From NCBI GenBank assembly GCA_022562155.1, contig JADFPV010000003.1:412-64411 (forward strand): 64,000 nt of DNA, written 5' to 3'. The DNA comes from Chloroflexota bacterium (GTDB lineage: Bacteria; Chloroflexota; Dehalococcoidia; DSTF01; RBG-16-68-14). Position 1 is the first letter of the stretch, and every line of letters begins with the position of its first letter. A program made the translations under genes and the position numbers. The notes beneath the pieces were generated by a model. The model was not told where the DNA came from, did no database searches, and saw nothing but the letters and a program-made list of their open reading frames with translations. This document shows, piece by piece, positions 60,933-64,000 of the stretch.

Positions 60933-61442
60933 ATGGGCGGACTCAAATCAAGTCACTACGTCAGGACTGTCTTCAGAGAGAATCGCGCCATCTACTGCGT
61001 GGCCGTCTTGGTTGCCGTCGTTCTCTCTGCTGGATGTGGCGGTGGTAGCGGTTCCTCCGGCCAGATCGAGCCAACGCCGACGGCGAGCGTAAACCCGACA
61101 GCTGTGCAAGCGACCCCATCACCCTCTGTAGAACCTGCCACTTCCACCCCAACGAGCACGCCCACCGCGGCGCCTACACTGCCGCCCGCGCCCACGCAGC
61201 CGCCAGCACCCACGGCGGACACACGTGTGCCGCTTCGTGACCTGCCGACGGCCGATCAGGTCCAGTTGGGCAAGGACGGCAAGTACTTCGTTGCTGACCG
61301 GGGCGACGGGTGCACCTGGGTGGAGTACCTCAGAGACACTAGTCCTGAAATTGGCCTACAGGTGTTCTTCAGAACGGATTGCCCGGCAGACTTCGGCATC
61401 GCCTTCCGGCCTGAGAGCGGCGTAGTGCTCCGGGTCTCCTAA
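60933..61442 (+). CDS. hypothetical lipoprotein with Pro/Thr linker
   Basis: VVLSAGCGGGSGSS lipobox. PT-rich spacer. Small C-terminal Cys-containing domain. Confidence 0.4.
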   Translation: MGGLKSSHYVRTVFRENRAIYCVAVLVAVVLSAGCGGGSGSSGQIEPTPTASVNPTAVQATPSPSVEPATSTPTSTPTAAPTLPPAPTQPPAPTADTRVPLRDLPTADQVQLGKDGKYFVADRGDGCTWVEYLRDTSPEIGLQVFFRTDCPADFGIAFRPESGVVLRVS

Positions 61443-61609
61443 CGCTACATGACCACTGGGAGCGTCAGGAACAAGTAGGCCACAACTGCCCGTAGCAGCC
61501 GAAGCCAGCTACAACTCTGCATCACATTGACTAGCGAGCTGCGCGATCCTACAATGCGTTGGCAGCTTCGCGGCCGTCCCAACGACCGCGCTACGTCTAG
61601 GAGGACGCC

Positions 61610-61813
61610 ATGCGCAAGGACTTGATGGACATCCTGGCTTGCCCGATGTGCAAGAGCGAGCTTGAGTTGAAGATCGACGAGGAGGAGGGCGACGAGGTGA
61701 TCAAGGGCTCGCTGACCTGCGCGAAGTGCAGCGAGGTCTACCCCATCGACGACGGCATCCCGAACCTCCTGCCGCCCGACCTGCGTAAGGCCGCCGAGGC
61801 GAAAAGCTCCTAG
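61610..61813 (+). CDS. Trm112/YcaR-family small zinc-ribbon protein
   Basis: ILACPMCKSEL...LTCAKCSEVYPIDDGIPNLL matches the Trm112p-like family. Confidence 0.6.
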   Translation: MRKDLMDILACPMCKSELELKIDEEEGDEVIKGSLTCAKCSEVYPIDDGIPNLLPPDLRKAAEAKSS

Positions 61814-61819
61814 CGAACG

Positions 61820-62056
61820 ATGGAACGCTCACAATCGATCGGCATGATCTTGATGGCCGTCTCCGGTCTGCAGCTTCTGGTGTTTACCTTGGGCATGCTG
61901 CGCAAGAGCTACCTGGCGGTCGCGCTCCCGGTGTTTGCGGCGACAGCAGGTATCTCAGCCCTGCTCTTCTGGATCGGCTACACCATGGCGAACATGGAGC
62001 CGGACCTCTCCGAGCTCGACCTGGAAGAGGAAGACTCCGAGCCGCCTACGACCTAG
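61820..62056 (+). CDS. hypothetical small membrane protein
   Basis: Two predicted TM helices. Acidic tail. Confidence 0.3.
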   Translation: MERSQSIGMILMAVSGLQLLVFTLGMLRKSYLAVALPVFAATAGISALLFWIGYTMANMEPDLSELDLEEEDSEPPTT

Positions 62057-62561
62057 GCTTCTCCCAGCCCTGGTCTTCAATCAAGCGAACTCCCCCAGCA
62101 TCAACGTCCGCAGCTAGCTCAGCAACCGTTCGTCCGCCGTCCGGGTGGTGTACGTCAGCTGCCAACTCCGCCAGTGGCACGAGGACGAACGCGCGATCGT
62201 TCATCTCAGGATGCGGTATGTGCAGCTCCGGCGATTCGACAACTTGGTCGCCATACAGCAGGATGTCGATATCGATCTCGCGCGGGCCCCAGCGCTCGCG
62301 CTCCAGCCTGCCTATGTCTCGCTCGATCTGCTTGACGTGCTCCAACAGCTCGTTTGGTGTAAGCCGCGTACTCGCGCGGCAGACGGCGTTGTAGAAGTCT
62401 TGCTGGTCTTGCGGGCCAACCGGGTCGGTCTCATAGAGAGACGAGATGGCTTCGATCTGCAGCTGGGGAGCCAGCCGCTCCAGCGCTCCCGTGAGGTGCC
62501 GTTTGCGATCGCCTACGTTGGAGCCTAGCCCGAGGTAGACGGTTGTGACCTCCGTAGTCAC
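62046..62561 (-). CDS. folK: 2-amino-4-hydroxy-6-hydroxymethyldihydropteridine pyrophosphokinase
   Basis: VYLGLGSNVGDR ... ETDPVG ... PREIDIDILLYGD ... PHPEMNDRAFVLVPL HPPK motifs. Confidence 0.85.
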   Translation of the reverse strand: MTTEVTTVYLGLGSNVGDRKRHLTGALERLAPQLQIEAISSLYETDPVGPQDQQDFYNAVCRASTRLTPNELLEHVKQIERDIGRLERERWGPREIDIDILLYGDQVVESPELHIPHPEMNDRAFVLVPLAELAADVHHPDGGRTVAELAADVDAGGVRLIEDQGWEKPRS

Positions 62562-63346
62562 GGATCGCGGGACCAGCCGCGCACGACGGCATCCGCTACG
62601 CGAGCAACATCGCGCATCTGAGCCATGTCATGGACGCGGATCATGTCGACGCCATTCGCGATGGCAAGCGCCATCGTGGCTGACGTGCCGTGGAGACGCT
62701 CCTCAGGCGGAGCATCGTCCAGCACGAAGCCTATGGTCGACTTCCTAGAAGTCGCGATGAGCATCGGTAGGCCGAGGGCCTGCAGCTCAGGAAGGCGTCG
62801 CAGCATCTCGATGTTCTGCTCTGGGGTCCAGCCGAAGCCAAAGCCGGGATCGATGATCAATCGCTCCCGGGCGAGCCCGGCCTCCTGCGCGATGGCAACG
62901 CTCGCCTCGAATCCGGCTCGGATGTCGCCGATGACATCGTGGAACTCTCGATCGCGCTGGTTATGCATGATCACGACGGGCACTCCGTACTCGACAGCCA
63001 AGGCGGCCATTTCCGGTGCATTGCTGTTAGAAGGCGGGCGAAAGCCCCAGATGTCGTTAAGCAGGTGCGCGCCGGCATCCAGCGCCGCTTTCGCGACCGA
63101 CGCCTTGTAGGTGTCAACGCTGACCGGCACGTCCAGTTCTGACACCAGCCGCTCGATGATGGGCGCTACGCGCTCCGCCTCTTCCTGCGGAGGCACCTCG
63201 TCGAAGCCCGGCCGTGTCGACTGGCCACCGATATCGAGAATGTCGGCCCCCTCTTCGACAAGCTTCCTCCCGCGCTCGAGGGCTGCTTCTTCATCGCCGT
63301 AACGGCCGTTCCAGAACGACTCCGGCGAGACGTTGATGACGCCCAT
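62558..63346 (-). CDS. folP: dihydropteroate synthase
   Basis: MGVINVSPESFWNGRY...DIGGQSTRPG pterin-binding motifs. Start set at the ATG of MGVINV. The upstream 73-aa extension was rejected because it overlaps the JAB gene and has no FolP similarity. Confidence 0.85.
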   Translation of the reverse strand: MGVINVSPESFWNGRYGDEEAALERGRKLVEEGADILDIGGQSTRPGFDEVPPQEEAERVAPIIERLVSELDVPVSVDTYKASVAKAALDAGAHLLNDIWGFRPPSNSNAPEMAALAVEYGVPVVIMHNQRDREFHDVIGDIRAGFEASVAIAQEAGLARERLIIDPGFGFGWTPEQNIEMLRRLPELQALGLPMLIATSRKSTIGFVLDDAPPEERLHGTSATMALAIANGVDMIRVHDMAQMRDVARVADAVVRGWSRDP

Positions 63347-63488
63347 CAGGTAGGTGCGCTCGCCCCAGACGAACTCGCGCGAGCCGATTGTGAGGGAGAC
63401 AGGCTTGGTGGTGTTGCTCAACGCTTGAAGCCGATGACGTACTCGCCCGAAACGTGATGAGCATTGTGGAAAACGTCCTGGGCGGCCA

Positions 63489-63887
63489 TCAGGCGATCTC
63501 CAACTCTTCTTCCGTGATTTCGCCAGCCTCGATGCGGAAGGCGCGGACGACCGGGTTTGTGTCATCTTCCAGCGATACCACCACGTAATAAGCGTCCTCC
63601 CACGCGGCCAATCGAACGTCGGTCGGCGAGGGATAGGCCTCTGTGTGGGTGTGCGAGTGGTAGATCACCCACACGTCCCAACCGCTTGAGTCGAGGTCGC
63701 GATAGATACGGAGCAGGTCCTTCGGGTCGACGCTATAGCGATAGGGACTCGCTTCCGCGTTGATAGCACGATAGAGCTTCTCGGCCTGGCCGTCCTTGCC
63801 CGCGATGATGCCGCAGCACTCGTTCGGCACGTCTTCTTTCGCGTGCGCGATCATCTCATCGACGTAGTCTTGGGGGAGCTTCAGCAC
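63489..63887 (-). CDS. JAB/MPN (Mov34) JAMM-family metalloprotease (Mec+/CysO-peptidase-like)
   Basis: E...HSHTHTEAYPSPTD JAMM motif (HxHx7Sx2D). 132 aa. Confidence 0.7.
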   Translation of the reverse strand: MLKLPQDYVDEMIAHAKEDVPNECCGIIAGKDGQAEKLYRAINAEASPYRYSVDPKDLLRIYRDLDSSGWDVWVIYHSHTHTEAYPSPTDVRLAAWEDAYYVVVSLEDDTNPVVRAFRIEAGEITEEELEIA

Positions 63888-64000
63888 AGCGTCATTCCTA
63901 ATCGCCCCAGAATACCAACTATCGGCGGCCCTTGGAGGAACGGCTAGGTAGTTAAGCTACGCGAACTGCCAGCGCGTGGCGGTGGATTGGAACTTGTCGG

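Noticed and set aside
63347-63565. 73-aa N-terminal extension of FolP
   Set aside because: It overlaps the JAB gene on the same strand and carries no FolP similarity. Canonical FolP begins near MGVINVTP-like sequence, which is present at 63344-63346.

Overview
High-GC (~65%) bacterial chromosomal window. Gene content (two F420-dependent LLM oxidoreductases, a glmS ribozyme, a split b6-type cytochrome b with a Rieske protein, PPDK, large Pro/Thr-linker surface proteins) points to a Chloroflexota-like terrabacterium. This taxonomic guess is low confidence.

Housekeeping content:
- xseA (partial)/xseB, then PHP phosphoesterase, DinB-family and PurN-like formyltransferase genes
- cmk-plsC-ispH, and glmS preceded by a recognisable glmS ribozyme
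- ppdK and a purF-purM-purH operon
- a classic tRNA-Thr/Tyr/Thr-tuf-rpmG-secE-nusG-rplK-rplA cluster
- folP-folK
- a respiratory operon: small TM protein, cyt b6-like, subunit IV-like, Rieske, and a monoheme cytochrome c fused to a cupredoxin, followed by two tiny desulforedoxin-like ORFs

Accessory or unusual content:
1. A compact three-gene island (23.1-26.3 kb) of clearly lower GC, inserted between maoC and rplA. It encodes a ParB-like domain protein, an unknown protein and an alpha-class SPPY amino-methyltransferase. This is the best candidate for a novel restriction-modification or defence system.
2. Three tandem modular giant secreted proteins (45.2-55.8 kb). They carry CSLREA-type N-terminal motifs, parallel beta-helix repeats, a Cys-rich module, Pro/Thr linkers and a shared dockerin-like C-terminal domain. 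Each has a conserved TTGACA-N17-CATACT promoter, and the downstream elements carry a relic copy of the gene 3' end.
3. A secreted CBM4/9-repeat protein interrupted by a frameshift at a G7 tract, and a split PhyH dioxygenase gene.
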